Assembly: GCA_958009085.1 (NCBI GenBank)
Contig: OY253670.1
Span: 248,001 to 312,000, forward strand
Reading direction: 5' to 3'
Origin: Protoeuglena noctilucae
Taxonomy: Eukaryota
Length of the DNA: 64,000 nt
In this document: positions 1-13,700 of the stretch, one piece after another
How positions within the stretch are numbered: the stretch's first letter is position 1
Layout of the letters: each line of letters begins with the position of its first letter
Translations under genes and position numbers: made by a program
Notes under the pieces: generated by a model
Database searches by the model: none
The model's input: the letters and a program-made list of their open reading frames with translations, nothing else
What the model was told of the DNA's origin: nothing

Positions 1-1495
1 CGAAGCCGCGCGAGGAGCTCAGGACGTGCCCGCTGCTGTTCTGCACCGGCAAGATGATGCCGGCCGCGTGAAGCTCATCGCGGATCCACCTGGCTTTTCG
101 CTTGGACGGGAGCAGCCTGCAGAACAGGCAAGACGTTTACGGTCACTTGTGATTGACTGAATGTTGAGCCCGCACCACGCGTCCCTGGCGACAGCATGAA
201 GCGGCCCTCGCCTCAGCCACATGATGCCGGCGCAGACGACGAACGCGGGTACGATGCCGTTGGCCATGATGCGCGTGATGGGCTTGGCATGGGGCGAGAG
301 GTTCTGCTCGCTGCCGACGACGAACTCCAGCGCCACCAGCACCACAGAGATCCAGGCCAGGATCCCGTTGAGCCCCGCCTCGAGCACGTTCGTGTACGTG
401 GGCAGGTACGGGGCGTAGAACATTACCCCAATGGCGTTGTAGAGGTACAGTGCGCAGAGCAGCACTGCCAGGGTCGAGCGGCTGTTGGTGCCCCCAATGA
501 AGATGTCCAGGGCGTCCTGGACCGAGTGCACGATGAAGTGCCGGAACATGAAGTGCGTGAAGGACACTGCGAGGGAGCGCGGGGGCGTGGGCATGGAGGC
601 TGTGAGGAGCATAGGCCGCGTTTAGGGAGAAGGTGTGCAGTCCCACGGCAAGAGGCCTCACCGCCCTCGACCCGCCGCGAGAAGGGATTCAGCTCCGCCT
701 CGGCCACGGCGATGAGGGCGCCGAGCGTCACGGTGACGAGCGCCGCCGGGATGGACGCGATGAGCGTCGCGAGGTGCGGGAGGCGCTTGCAGGACTGGTC
801 CTGGTAGTAGTAGAAGGCCCCATTTTTGTCGCACCGGATGCTCATCATGAACACGGCGAGGGCAGCGATGTACAGCGTCCTCACGAAGACGCTCACTGCG
901 AGCATGCCACAGGCGCCGCGTCTGAGTCCCGGCGGTCGGCGCCTGGATTGCGAGGCCCAGCGCGTGGCCCGGCCGTCTCGCTCGGAGCCACTCACCGACG
1001 AGGCGCACGAACTTGATGGGCCAGACGAAAGGGAACGTGCCCGTCTTGAAGTTGTAGGCGACCCACAAACAGATGGTGATGGACAAAACAATGATGGAGA
1101 ATTGGGACCAGAAGATCGCGGAGAAGGCTTTGTATCCGACCGCTTGCAGCAGGTTGGTGACGTCGGTCCATTGGATGGCCACAGACCACCAGGAATTCTC
1201 GAAGTCCCAGCTGAAGTGGCTCGTGATGAGTATGACCAACAGCTGGGGGGAGAGGTGCACGGGCGGGGGTTCGGGTGGGGTTGCGTGCATGCTTCCACCC
1301 AGGGCGGCTTGCTGGGTGCGGCTCTCCATCTCCTCTTGCCTGTAGGAAGCCGATGATCATCCCCAGCACCCCCCACTTCCACGACCCCTCCTCGTGCTCC
1401 TTGGTGATGGTGAAGAGCACGCCAAAGACCGCATCCTTCAGCGAGCCCTGCTTCCGGAGCAGGAAGCTCTCCTGGGCCAGGTCGTCCCCCTCCAT
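1..1495 (-). CDS. Multi-pass membrane protein resembling the N-terminal TM region of algal/protist TmcB/TmcC-like PAS-domain proteins; spliced, runs off the left edge
   Basis: Exons read MEGDDLAQESFLLRKQGSLKDAVFGVLFTITKE...IIGFLQ | LLVILITSHFSWDF...FPFVWPIKFVRLV | ...AEAELNPFSRR | ...FYAPYLPTYTNVLEAGLNGILAW. Several hydrophobic helices. PAS domains are not visible in the window, so the family call is by resemblance only. Confidence 0.55.
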
Positions 1496-2511
1496 CGCCA
1501 CCCTTACCACCTGTCAAACAGATCTGGCCGGAGCCCTTGCCCGCTCCGCCGCGACGTCTTCGGCGAGAACCCCCGTCGCGGCCTCGACCCCTCAGGTCCG
1601 CCGCTGCGACCCAAAGCGACGAGGCCGCTTGTGATCGTGCGCGTGCGCAACAAGACTCGAGGAGGATCGACGCGTGTGTGCGTGGCGCTTTGGAGGCCGC
1701 GGCGGGCCGGTTAAATGACGTTACTATGAGCGCAACCCTGCAGCGTTACGTGGTTGGCGAGGGACGACAACACAGCCCACGCTCGCTTCCAAGGCGATAA
1801 AAGAGGACGTCGCGGGAGGCTGGATCGCCATCCGCAGCCTGGCGCGCTGCAGCGGGCGTCCTCACATGCACACAAATCGGACTTTGCCCGGAACCTATCT
1901 GCGCCCGCTCAGCTCCCCGTATGACGTCTTTAGTAGATACTTCAGCGCATGCGCTGGACGGCGTTTTTAAAAGACTCTGGAACGAGCCGCGCCGCTCGCC
2001 TAAGCGCGCCGAGGCCGATTTCGGGGCCGGCGGGCGGCGCGATCTGCAAGAACAGGCAACGTCACGCTCGAGGCAGCGAGCGCCGCGAATAAGCCGCTAT
2101 CCAATGATCGCCGCCAGGAAACTTGGGAAGGGTAGGGTACCTGGAAAGGCAGAAATGCATGACATCAGAATCACAACATGGCAAAAAGGCACCGTGAGTG
2201 TGTCAAATGGCCTCGCTTGAGCGTCTGCGGTTAAGGCAGCTAAACTTTCTCGCTCGCACGAGTTGCGAGAGGCAGACGCAGAGGAGGCCGGGCCGGTCGG
2301 CCTTGCCCCTCTATGGCACGCATGGCAGTGAACGCATTTAAAGGCCTGCGCAATCAAGGTGTGTCCTCACTCTTCTTACTGCCTACAACAGGGTATGGTC
2401 ACCGACCCCATGAGCTCCCCCAGCGGTGCGTCGGCAGCCACAGGTACGGCCAAGACTGCAGCACGGTGCCCAAGGATCGATCGCACATGAAGAGCTGCGG
2501 CCCGTGCTCCA

Positions 2512-3764
2512 TCAGTCGTTGAGGCGCCTACCGCTCCCCCGGAAGGCCATGTAGTTGGAGGGGCGGGTCACGACGGGGGCCTCCGTCCCCAGCATCTCCG
2601 CCAGAGCCCGAATCACCTTGAAGACCTTCGCAGACCGGGGACGAGCACAGTGCATCGGAGGCGACGCTCCGGAGGCACAGCAGGGCCACAGTGCTGCGCA
2701 GCGTGCGACGCTCAGGCGTACGCTCACCGGGATGAAGCTGGGCCGGCCGGTGGCGGCGGGGTGGAGGACGTCGAGGAACCAGAAGAGGTGGCCAGCCACG
2801 ATGCCGACCGCGTCTGCGTAGGGTATCCCCGCCGACAGCACCGCGTTGAGTCCCAGCATCACAAAGGGGAGGTAGAAGGCCTCGACCTGGAAGATGCCGT
2901 AGATGGACACTGCACGCGGGGACGGAGAGGATGCGGTCGCGCGGTGCCATGAAGCGTATTGCAGAGGGTATGAGGGGCGAGTGCCCCGTGCTGGAGCCCT
3001 ATCTCACCGATCGTTTCGGGGTTGTTCCGGGCCCAGAGGTACAGAGAGGAGCTGAGGATCGCGTCAGACCCGTACGAGGCGTACGCCAACCAGGGGAACG
3101 GCACCAGGAAGAGCAGGGACACAGTGGCACAGAACTGCGAGAGCACAAGCGGGGCTCGGCGCTCAGCGGGGGCCCGTCAGCGGCGTCGAGTCTCCCGCAT
3201 CCGCAAGCGCAAGCCCGGCAATAACGCTGTCCTGTCCGCTCGCGGCCTCACCAGCATCATGGTCAGGTACTGCGCCCCACGCCCTTGGTACGTGTCCCTG
3301 CGGCGAGACCACAATTTGCAAGGTGAGGCAGCGGCCCCGCATCCCCGGCGATCGGCGCAGGACGTCAAGATCGTCACCTCTCGAGCGGGAAGGAGTGTCT
3401 GTAGAGGAATAAGCACTTGAAAATGAAGGCAAAGGGGTTCATCCCAAACTGGCCGCCGTAGAAGAAGTTGGTGACCAGGCGCCACAGCTGGAGCTTGCCG
3501 ATGGCGAGGGAGAAGGGTCTGCCGCCGGGATTGAGCACGACATAGTACAGGATCTGCGGGGCGGGGCAGCATGGGAGGCGGGCGTGGCGGCGAGTTGGTG
3601 CAGGCCCCTCGCGCGCCGGTCTGCCTCTTTCTCCGCTTGGCACGCACCAGGCCGACGATGAAGGAGAAGAACTTTGCGCCCACGGCAAAGAAAACCCAGC
3701 TCGTGAGGAGCGCGCGATTAATCTTGGGGAGCCCCGCATACCAGTCCGTGAAGCTGGACGGCAT
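2512..3764 (-). CDS. Derlin (Der1-like ERAD membrane protein), about 6 exons
   Basis: MPSSFTDWYAGLPKINRALLT..., QLWRLVTNFFYGG (WR motif), YLWARNNP, IYGIFQVEAFYLPFV, GIVAGHLFWFL (GxxxG) and C-terminal FRGSGRRL (SHP box). Confidence 0.9.
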
Positions 3765-4473
3765 GGTGGCCCGGTCGCTGCGCTAACGCAGTCCGGAGGA
3801 CCCGTCAGCCACCCTGCAGCACGTGAGACGCAGGCAACCAAGACAGCCTCGGATCCAGGCTGGAAGACGCCCTCCTGGAAAAATCCGTGCCCAGTGCGCG
3901 ACCACGGGGACGACGCGGACGCAGATCGTCGCCACCCCCTCCTCCTGACTTCGGAAACGTGCGGGACACGTCAAGGGCAGCGCCTGTCGACTGTGCGGCG
4001 AATGAGGTTCGCCCAAGCGAGGGGGGGTGTCCTCTCCTCGCGAAGACAGGCTGCCACGCGGGGATCAGCTGTGGATGTTGCAACTGTGGATCTACCTGGC
4101 GAGTCGTGGCGGTGTGATGCGGCGCAAGCGGTGAGGTTGAGCAGCCTGACACACGTGGCGGCACTGGCACGGGCTCTCAGGCTGCCGCGAGTCCAAGGGC
4201 CAGGAAGGCAGTACATGCATTCTGCAGTCTGCACCGGACGCGCATGCGTTGAGGCCAGAACATAGGCAAGGCAAGCTCTCTGCTTCTGGTTTCAGAGAGC
4301 AAGAGGCCCGCGGTGCGAATTTCATGGCGTCTGATTGATGAGAGTGTGGTGACCGGGCTTGACTTGACACGGGCTGGCAGCGGAGCGTGCCACGCATCGA
4401 TGCACGGCCGCCCACCTTCTGGGGTCGCGTTGTCCTGGCCGGAGTCCCCGGGAGCGAGCCGAGCGGATTTGTC

Positions 4474-7400
4474 ATGAGCGCCAACGGGATCACGCTGGAG
4501 GAGTTCGCTCGCCGGAAAGACGTTGTGGCGCATCAGGTGATGGCCCACCGGCCCCATGCTGCGAGCCATTCGCACGTTTGGCCGATTCCGGATCCCCTGC
4601 AGGCCTCAGCGGGTGGAATGGAGTCGCGTCGACGTGGCGCTTGCCCGATCTTGCGGCTCTCCTGCGTGGAGGCGCCTTGCGTGCGCCCGAAAGCACGGTG
4701 CGCTGGGCTTTCGGTCTCCCGTCATCCCCCAGCGTGCCGTCGCCCCCGCAGCTGCGCGTCAAGGAGCTGAAGGAGATATTGCAGTCGCTGGGGCTTCCGC
4801 GGTCCGGGAACAAACAGGACCTGGTCAATCGGATCCTCCATTTCACGGAGCAGGGCGATCCCAGTGAGTTCGCGATTTCGCGCCGCGGCGGCCCCGTGCC
4901 CGTCCGCCCGCGCCCTTGGCCTCCTCTATCCGGGGCACGCGCTAATTGCCGTCAGTCGCCGCGGGTTCGCCGGGCGCTCCCGCCGACGCGCAGCAAGGCG
5001 CGGCCTCCTCTCCCCCGCAGTTGCGCGCGCCAACGTGATGAAAGTCATCGCGAACGTCGAGGCTACCTTGTGTAACGACCACTGGCGCCGGCCCGCCCCG
5101 GCTGCCGCGGCCTCGGCAGCCTTCAACATCGGAATGGCGCAACAGGAGCATCCCGTCCCGCACGCCTCCCGCGCTCCACCAGCCGTCGCCAGAACCACAG
5201 GTGCACGGCCTGACTATACACGAGCGTTCCGCATCCCGCGGAGCAGCGCCCGCCGCCTGGCTAGCGCGCAAGCAGCCGACTTCCCCCACCGCCCATCGCG
5301 ACGATCCCCATTATTGTCCCGACTCCCTGCAGCCATCCGGTGCGTGTGCGGGCGCAACCTCGACGATGGCTTCATGATACAGTGCACCTCGCCCCAATGC
5401 GGCATCTGGCAGCACGCCAAGTGCGCCTGTCAGCCGTCCCTCCCCGCGCCTCCCTTCCTCTGCGAGGGCTGCCGCATCGCCCGCGCTGACCCCTTCTTCC
5501 GCACCACCCAGGCCCTCGTGGGGTCCGCGAAGGTGACTGACAGACACTCACGTGCTGAACGCAGTCGAGAGTCACCTGCGAGGGGGGCCTTTCATGTCGC
5601 CGTTGCCTGCGGGCTGCACGTCCACTCATTTGCGATCGGCGCGTGCAATCCTTGGCAGCCACAGCGAGCGCCGTCTGTCGTCGCCGCTGGGTCGCCACCC
5701 TCGCAGCCGCCACATCACGCCGCTCGTGTTCCGCCCCCGCAGCTCATGGCGAGGGACGGGAGCTGGGAGGGCAAGGACAAGAGCATGCGCCGGTGCTTCC
5801 ATCTGCCTCCGCACGTGATGCAGCGCCTAGCGGGGGAGAAGGACCGAGTGAAGCTCCATGTGGCGTGCGTCATGCTGGGCGACGCGCATCGGGACCGCTA
5901 CCACTGGCCCCTCAACTGCCAGCTCGTCGTGAACGGCAGGCACTACCGGTGAGGACGCGGGGGGCACGCGGCGGCGGCTCGCCGGTCCAAGCGCCGTGGC
6001 CAAGCCCGTCGCCTGTGCCGCCTTTGTCTCTTGCAGTCGCACCGTCCCGTCCCAGGCACAGACGCGCAGACGCTGACCTCTCAGGTCACCTGATCTCATC
6101 TGCCCCACTCTCGCAGGCCCTACTCCCGCGCCTACACGACCCAGCTGTCCGACCAGGGCCGCGACTTGCCAGCGGACATCGGGTCGATGGTGTTTGCGGG
6201 AACAAACGAGGTGCAGGTCTCCTGCACGGACGCGCGCCAGTTCCTGGTGACGGTGGTGCTGCAGGAGCTGAGGGAGACGAAGGAGGTGGAGGCAGGCATG
6301 GGGGCAGAGGACATGCAGGCCGCCGTGGCGAGGGTGCGTGAGAGGGCCGCACGGCTACTGGCACAGGACGACATCGGTGAGGGCTGGGGGTGCAGGGTGG
6401 TGGAAGTGGAGCATTAGAACAGTAATTGGTGGAGGGTTGACGTGGGAATGGAGGTGGTGTGGTGTTGGGTGACAGGGTTGAGGCTTGAGCCGCATGAGGG
6501 TGGGGTGCACATGCCTGGTGCATGCCTCTTCGGTCTTGTGGGGCAGCGCTGAGCGAGTTTGGCGATATGCGGGCTGCTGTCCCCCGCAGAGGTCGAGGGT
6601 GGGCACAGCTGCAAGTACAGCACGCAGGACGTGCTGACTGGGACGCGCATCGGGCGCCCTGGCATGTGCAAGCAGTGCACGCACAAGGTGACCACGGAAT
6701 GCGATCACATACCATCACGCGCCGCGCCTGTCCTCGCGAGCAGCGAATGCCGAGCGCAGGCTATGGGTGCGGCTAACACATGCCGCACCACGCGTGCATT
6801 GCTCTCGTGGGTGGACTGCCACCCTAACTGCCACTTCCAATGTGATGTGTTGCAGGTCCCCTTCGATTTGGATGCTTTCCTGGAGTCGGCTCGCCGCACC
6901 AAGAAGTGGCTGTGCCCCCACTGCCTGCGACCCGCTCCCATCCAAGAGGTCTGGCAGGACCCTTACATGACCCAAGTGCTGGCAGTGATCCAGGGCCGGG
7001 AGGACATCGAGGGAATCGAGGTCGACGAGCAGGGTGAGGGCGGCCGCCCATCCCACACGTGCACGCGCTGAGGCATCGCACGTGTTAATAACACATGAGC
7101 ACAAGCACGGCCCAGCGCAGGACATAAAGCTCTGATCTTGCCATGCAGTCGCCTCTTTGCAATCACCTTTCTTGCATGTGCTTCTTTGCATGTGTCCCCT
7201 GGCCCTAGCTAGATGACAGCCATGCGTCAGCACCACGTGCCCCCTTTGCCACCCTCGCAGGGCGGTGGCGTCCCGTGGGATACCCCAGCTGGCGCGGCAT
7301 CCTCGATGCGGCACAGCTCGAGGCCGCGCCTGGCAACGGCGCGCTGTCGTGCGGGTCGTCGGACGAGGGAGATGACGATGGGGACGGGGACGAGCATCGC

Positions 7401-10372
7401 GATGCGACGGCCAGCCCGGCGGGACGCATGGCAGCAGCCTTCCTTGCTGCGGCCGCCTCCGCCCGCGCGACGAGCGGCGCGCTCGGCGCCTCGGCTCCGC
7501 GGCCCGCGACGGCCCCCAGCTCCGCTCACGGCCGCTTCGACCCGCTTGCGACGGCCACGGTGGCGGGCAGCAAGCGGCACGCGGGCCTCCCGGGCAGCGT
7601 GAGGGCCGCGGTCCATCGCACGGCATGGGACCGGAATGTGCGCCCGCGAGTGGAGAGGAGCGGGAGCGGGCGGGGGGGTTTAGGCAGGGGTGGGGTGGCA
7701 TCGGGCGCACCCGGTGCATCTGGGGTGATTGACCTGACCTTGTCTGATGACGAGGATGGTGACGGTGGGGCCAGCCCGAGTGAAGGCGGGAGCGGCAGGG
7801 AGAGGGAGGGGTCGGGCGCGGGTGTGACGGGCTGGCGTGAGGGTGGGGATGCAGCAAGCAGGGAGCGGGGGGCGATGGTGGCGGGAGGGGTTAGGTCGAC
7901 AGGCACCGATGGGCAGGGAGCGCGCACCTCGGGCGGTGCGGGGAGCGGTGGTGGCAGTGGTGGTGGCCAGGGGGGCGCGAGGGCATGGGCAGTGGCGGCG
8001 AGTGAAGCAGGGGGGGTGGAGAACAGGGGCAGCGGTGACAGGGCAGCAATGGGGGCGGAGAACAGGGCCGGCAGCGACGGCGATGCGTCCTCGTTGGCCC
8101 GGGCGGGGCAAACGACGTCCGCGTGGCTGCGTGCGGCGGCGGGGACCGGGGGCGGCGCGGGTGCGGGTGCGGGGCCGGGTGCGGGTGCGGGTGCGGGTGC
8201 GGGTGCGGGTGCGGGTGCGGGTGCGAGTGCGGGTGCGGGTGCGGGTGCGGGTGCGGGTGCGGGTGCGGGTGCGGGGCCGGGCGGTGCGGCGCCCGCGCAT
8301 GCATCCGCGGCTGCCGCCCGGGCAACTGGCGGCGCTGGCGACGCTTCGCCTTCCATGGGTTCGTTTGCGGATGGCCTGAGTCAGGCGACGCTGGAGACGG
8401 CCTTACAGGAGGTGGCCACGCTCCAGGAGATGATGGTGAGCGGGACTGGCGCGGATGTGGGTGTCGATGTTAGCAGTACTAAACCTGGATATCTTATCAA
8501 GAGTACTGATAAAGCTTTATGTTGCACTCACGTGCACCCTCCTTTTCTAATCTCAGGATCTCTTGCATGACGACGGCGACCGCGACACCCAACCACCGCA
8601 CAGCGCTGCAGGTGACCGCCTGCGTGAAGCTACAAGCGTGGGGCAACTCTGACACCCTGCCACGTCTCAAACATCCCGTCCTGCCTCTTCTCGCAGCTTC
8701 CGCCCCCGCCACGACGTACGATGTCTTCCCGTCGCTCCTGGTGGACATGTATTCGCTCACGCCACGCTCCGCATCACAAACCGCGTCACAGGCCGCGTCA
8801 CAGGCCGCGAGCCATCCACGCCCCACGATGGCGACTGGCAGCGCTTCCATGCCCAGCAGCGTGCGCCCCACGACGCCCGCACACAATGCCGCGCACACCG
8901 CGAGCCACCCGCGCCCCACGACACCTGCGGGGAGTTCGAATGCGCCCGTGGCAGCCAGCGTGCGCCCCACCATGGCCACTGGCAACGCCTCGACGGCGCC
9001 AATCGCAAGCATGCGCACTGCCATGGCGACGGGCACTGCGCCCTCTAGACCTGCAAGCGGGCCTGGTGCAACCGGGGCGGGTGCAACTGGGGCGGGTGCG
9101 ACCGGGTCTGGTGCAGCCGGGGTGGGTGCAGCCAAGGCAGGAGCAAGTGGGGTGGGTGCAGCTGCGGCGCAGCCAAGCGGCTTCACCCCCGTCACACCCA
9201 CCGGTGGTGCGGGGGGTGCGACTGCGGCTGGGAGGAGCCCCACGGGAGCGCTACGCGTGCGCCTCATGTCGGCACACCAGAAGTACCAGGCATTACATGC
9301 CGCGAACGCCTCGGGGCCACGCCCGGCGTCGCAGGGTCATGTTGCGGCAGCCACTGCGACTGCGCCGGCCTCACTTCCGGTGATGGGTGCGGGCCAGGGT
9401 GCGCGTGCGGGAGCGGGTGGGGGGGCTGGTGCGCATGCGGGTGCGAGTGCGGGGGCGGGGGCCGGTGCGGGTGCGGGTGCGGGGGTGGGGGCCGGTGTGC
9501 GCGCGGGTGCGATTGCGGGGGCGGGGGCCGGTGCGGGTGCAGGTGCAAGTGCGGGTCGGGATGCGGCTAGGGGTAGGGGTGCCAGTGTGGGTACGGGTGC
9601 AAGCGCGGGTGGCGGAATAGGTAGGGGTGCGGGTGCGGCCATGACTCCGGCCGTGCTTGCTGACCTGGAGGCGTTCTCGAGGCTTGCCAACCCCGCGGCG
9701 TACGGAATAGAAGGGTATGTGGCGTTTTCGGTCGCCCAGAATGCGTCGGGGACGACAGCGGTGCCAATCCCGGTCCCTCCCGGCAGTGCTGTTGGCGGTG
9801 GCGTGGCGCAACAGCCGCGCCCTGCCTCGGCTAACCCCACAGCGCCTCAGCCCAGGCCGCAGCAGTCGGCGGGAGCTGTGTCGGGAGCCCAGCACCGCAG
9901 CTACCCCACTGCTGCGACCACGGCAAGCCAACCAATGGCGTCCATGGCCCAACAACAGGCACATGTCAATCAGGCGATGGCGTCTATGGCCCAACAGCAG
10001 GCTTATGTGAGGCAGGCGATGGCATCTATGGCCCAACAGGCATATGTGAGCCAGCCGATGGCATCTGTGGGCCAAGCGGCATATGTGAGCCAGCCGATGG
10101 CGTCTGTGGGTCAAGCAGCAAATGTGAGCCAGCCGATGGCATCTATGACCCAACAGGCTCATGCCAGTGGACCGGCTCATGTGAGCCAAGCAGTCCCTGC
10201 GACCTCGGCACCCCTGGGCACCTCGGGGACGCCTCCTGCGTCGGCCCCGGCGGTGCCGTTGCGCCCGGCCGAGGCACCCAGCACTGCGGCCTCGTCGTTC
10301 TTTCGGAATTTCCGCGTCTCGCTGCCCCCTTCGGTGCGGTCTGGGCCCCCAGGAGAGCCCCAGGCGCAGTAG
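4474..10372 (+). CDS. SIZ1: SIZ1/PIAS-like SUMO E3 ligase (SAP, PHD, SP-RING) with a long low-complexity C-terminus; spliced
   Basis: SAP LRVKELKEILQSLGLPRSGNKQDLVNRI (~4752-4840); PHD IRCVCG...MIQCTSPQCGIWQHAKC...LCEGCRIARADPF; HWPLNCQLVVNG; SP-RING CKQCTHK|VPFDLDAFL...KWLCPHC; SIM-like VIDLTLSDDED. Linking of the 3' low-complexity exons is less certain. Confidence 0.85.
8159..8275 (+). repeat. (GGTGCG)n hexanucleotide microsatellite encoding poly-(Gly-Ala) in the SIZ1-like gene
   Basis: Near-perfect run ggtgcgggtgcg...; a degenerate second tract lies at ~9400-9640. Confidence 0.95.
9925..10190 (+). repeat. Coding minisatellite with 33-36 nt units (SQPMAS(M/V)(A/G)QQAYV)
   Basis: Repeated tgtgagccagccgatggc(a/g)tct(a/g)tgg unit, about 6-7 degenerate copies. 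Confidence 0.85.
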
Positions 10373-10728
10373 TAGTCGAGTTTTACATGGTTCAACATGA
10401 CAGGCATGTGTTGTCTGTTTGACAGCGTCAGCTGGTTGGCTGGTTGCAATTGAAGAGAGCGTCGAGCCAAGTTCCGCACCACTGTCAATCACTGTGCTGG
10501 CAGAGACTGCGCCAGTCTAAAGCAGCTATGTGAGACTCAATGACGACTAGAGTGTAGGACAGGGTATGCTCGTGGCGCTGTGCGTGGTGCAGCCTGAAAC
10601 GCACCCAGTTGCTAACCACGCTGTCTATGACTACTAATAACGAGGCAAGCCGACCAGCACGACCAGTCAAGGCACGACCAGTCGAATGCCAGCCGGCCAA
10701 CACGACCAGAAGCGTGCCCTGTGAAATG

Positions 10729-13700
10729 CTAGCCGGCCAGTATGACTTGCCGGAGGCCAGAGACAGACGCCCCACGGCCACACATGGGGCACCGCTTGCC
10801 GCGCACACCCTGGCTGCCACCCTGGCTGTGGCTCTGCCCACCCAGCGCCGTGGACCAACAGGACAGGCACGCCACGCACCCGCAGGCGCCCCGGTGCGGC
10901 GCCTGGGCCGCTGGCTTGCGACAGAGGCCGCAGCGACCGCTGGTGGCCTTGGCCCCACCGCTCCCCGCCCCGGCACCCTTTGCCACGCTATTCCCCGCCC
11001 CACCACTCCCCGTGACGCCCGCCGCAGTCCCCAGCACGCGGCTGCTCGCAGATGCCGGGGTAGAGGCCGTCAATGCCTCGGGTTCCGCCTCCCACCGCCG
11101 CTTCTGCCCCGCTACCCGCCCTCCGCTCTCATGCCCGTTCGCTGCCTTGCTCCCCGCGCACGCATCACTCGCTGGGGCGTCCGCCACGCCACCCCCCGTC
11201 TTCGCGCCTGCTCCAGCGACGGCGCTTTGAAACCCCTCGACCCTCGCGCTGCCCGGCCCAGCGTCCGACGCCCCTTTCCCGCCAGTACCTGCCCCATTCT
11301 TGCCAGAAAGTAGCCGCTGCGCTGTTGCCGGAGCAGGAGCTGGGGGCCAGGTGCGGTGGCGGAGGGCGTTTGTGTTGAGCGGGGCTCGGTACATGGGGCG
11401 CGCTGAGGTGGACGCCGTGGGTGCCTGCGCCGGCACGGCCCTGCGAGCGACACAAAGAACTTTTACATCGACACGCCAGAGACGCGCCAGTGACACGCCA
11501 GGCGTGTCTTTGGGAGCGGCAGCGGACGCGACTGCATCCCAGCCCGGCACTCACGAGAGGTGCTTGGGGACCATGATTGGGACCTTGGAGCCCGGCAGCA
11601 TGCATGGCACCAACTCCACTGTCGACTGCGACGCCCTGGGCCCCGCCACCCCAGTCGACGCCTTGGTCTCCATCCTCCGACCTGCCTCCTGTTTCCCAAC
11701 GGGCCCTGCATTCCGCACCCCCTCTTGCTTGACGACAGGCTCTTTCCTCTGCATTGAGCCTTGCCCGGAATGGCGTCCAGACCCTCCCTTGCGTGCGCCT
11801 TCACTGGCGCTCCCGTCTTTGCCAGACACCGCCGTTTCCGTCTCAGCCGGCCCCTCCGTGTCGCTGGGCCCCCCTTCTGAGTGGTGGTGGTCCATGTCGA
11901 GATAATCCCCGTCCATGTACGAGAAATCTTCAGCACGGGAATCCAAATCCCTGTCTCTGTCCCTCTCGGCATCCCTTGGGTATTCGGACTCTGCATATGG
12001 CACGACAAACGGTGGGGAGTTGAGAGAGGCTGCGTGTGTGGGACACAGGCCTCGTTGCTGACAACGAAGATCTGAGGACATGTTATCGCAAGCGAGCAAG
12101 ACGGGGCGAGGGAGGTCAAGGGACTACGACAGGGCAAGGGGCAGGAAGGGCAAGCGATGGCTGCGCACAGGCGCATGTTTCAACAGCCACGCCATGCCAA
12201 CCAGGTGCCGCACCTTCTTCCCCCTTCTGCAATGGTATGCCGTACATGTACGCCTCCTTGCGCGCTCTCTCCTTCTCGAGCTCCCTCTGCTCCATTTCCT
12301 CGGCAGCTGGGTCGACGATGTCACCGCACGCCAGCGGGCCCATCCCCTGGGCAGCGGCGGCCAGCCTGGGAGAGAGGATGAGGCAAAGGATAACGATCAA
12401 GTCTCACTACCTATCCCTTCATGCGAATCTCTTGTACCCAACCACCAGCCGTACCGATAACCCCCTCCCTGGCCACCCCATGCGTCGCCTCACCTGTCCC
12501 TCCGCTCATCGGATTCTTTCCTCTCCCTCTCGGCCGCCCGCGCCCTCGCGGCCTCCACCTGGACCAAATACGACTCCCTCTCTCCCTCAGGCACAAACAG
12601 CGAGAACCGGGCCAGCAGGTCCCCCTTGCCCCGCAACAGAGGCACCAGCCGCTGCACTGCCGATGCGCTCGTGGACCGACGGTCCTTGAAGTCCCGCAGC
12701 ACCGCCATCATCGCCGCTAGCTCCGCCTTGCTCAGCAGCGTCTTGGCGGCAGAAAGGAAAGCGCGGGTCTGAGCCTCGCGGACCGCGGCCGGTGGCAGCG
12801 GGGGCGGCGCGGGCGCGGGGGCAGGACCTGGGCCCAGTGGCATCGTGGAGGAGGGCTGCGGGCAAGGCCAAAGGGGGAGAGGTCTCCGAGACATAATGGC
12901 GAATCTATGGCGACTCTCTACTCATCTAGACTGCTCTTAATCAACAACAAGCACATCCATCAAGCGTGTGCCATGCATCCCAGCACGCGCGCTCCCCAGC
13001 AAACCCACACCTCTCGTCTACTCCGCCCCCGTTGCGTCCCCCCAGCCTCACCCGCGCCCCCTTGTCGCCCGGCAGCCGCCGGTGCCGCTGCCCCGCCCCG
13101 CCCTCCCCGGTCGCAGCTGGCAGCAGCGATGTGGAGTCCAGAGTAACCTCATTCGCCATCGGAGGGTTGAGCCCGGTCCCAGCCCCGGCTCCACCGTGCG
13201 CCCCCAGACCACCCCACCCCGCCCACCGCGCCCCATCCGCACCCGCACTCGCACTCGCACCCGCACTCGCACCCGCCCCGTCCCGACCCATCGCCGTGAC
13301 CTGGACGGCGTTCATCTGCCTACCCGTGCCCAACAGACCCAGCAACCCCACCGAGCCCTTGGTCCCGTTCGGCGCATTCAGCGCTTGGCCGGAGGGACCA
13401 GCCGCCCCCGCCGTGCGGTCTGTGGGGCTGAGGCCGGGGATTTGCGTCAAGTCGAGCGGCACGGATGGCTTGGCTGCACCGGACTCGGATGACTGGGAAT
13501 GACCTGCTCGTAACCGCACCCTCTGCCGCGAGACCCTGCGTGGGGTCGTGGATGGGCCAGGCGACGTCATCATCCACCAACATGAATGTCCTCCGCTCAA
13601 CCGCATGCTACTGACCACCACTGCACCCGACTTTCCTGCCCCACTCCACCTCGCATCCCTGCCCCTCACCTGAATGGCGTGACCACCGTCGCTCCCGGCG

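Noticed and set aside
621..627. TTTAGGG telomere-like motif
   Set aside because: Single copy; expected by chance.
7680..8473. Poly-RT, poly-HP, poly-CG and poly-VR ORFs (e.g. an apparent metallothionein-like CGCGCG)
   Set aside because: Alternative frames of the (GGTGCG)n microsatellite.
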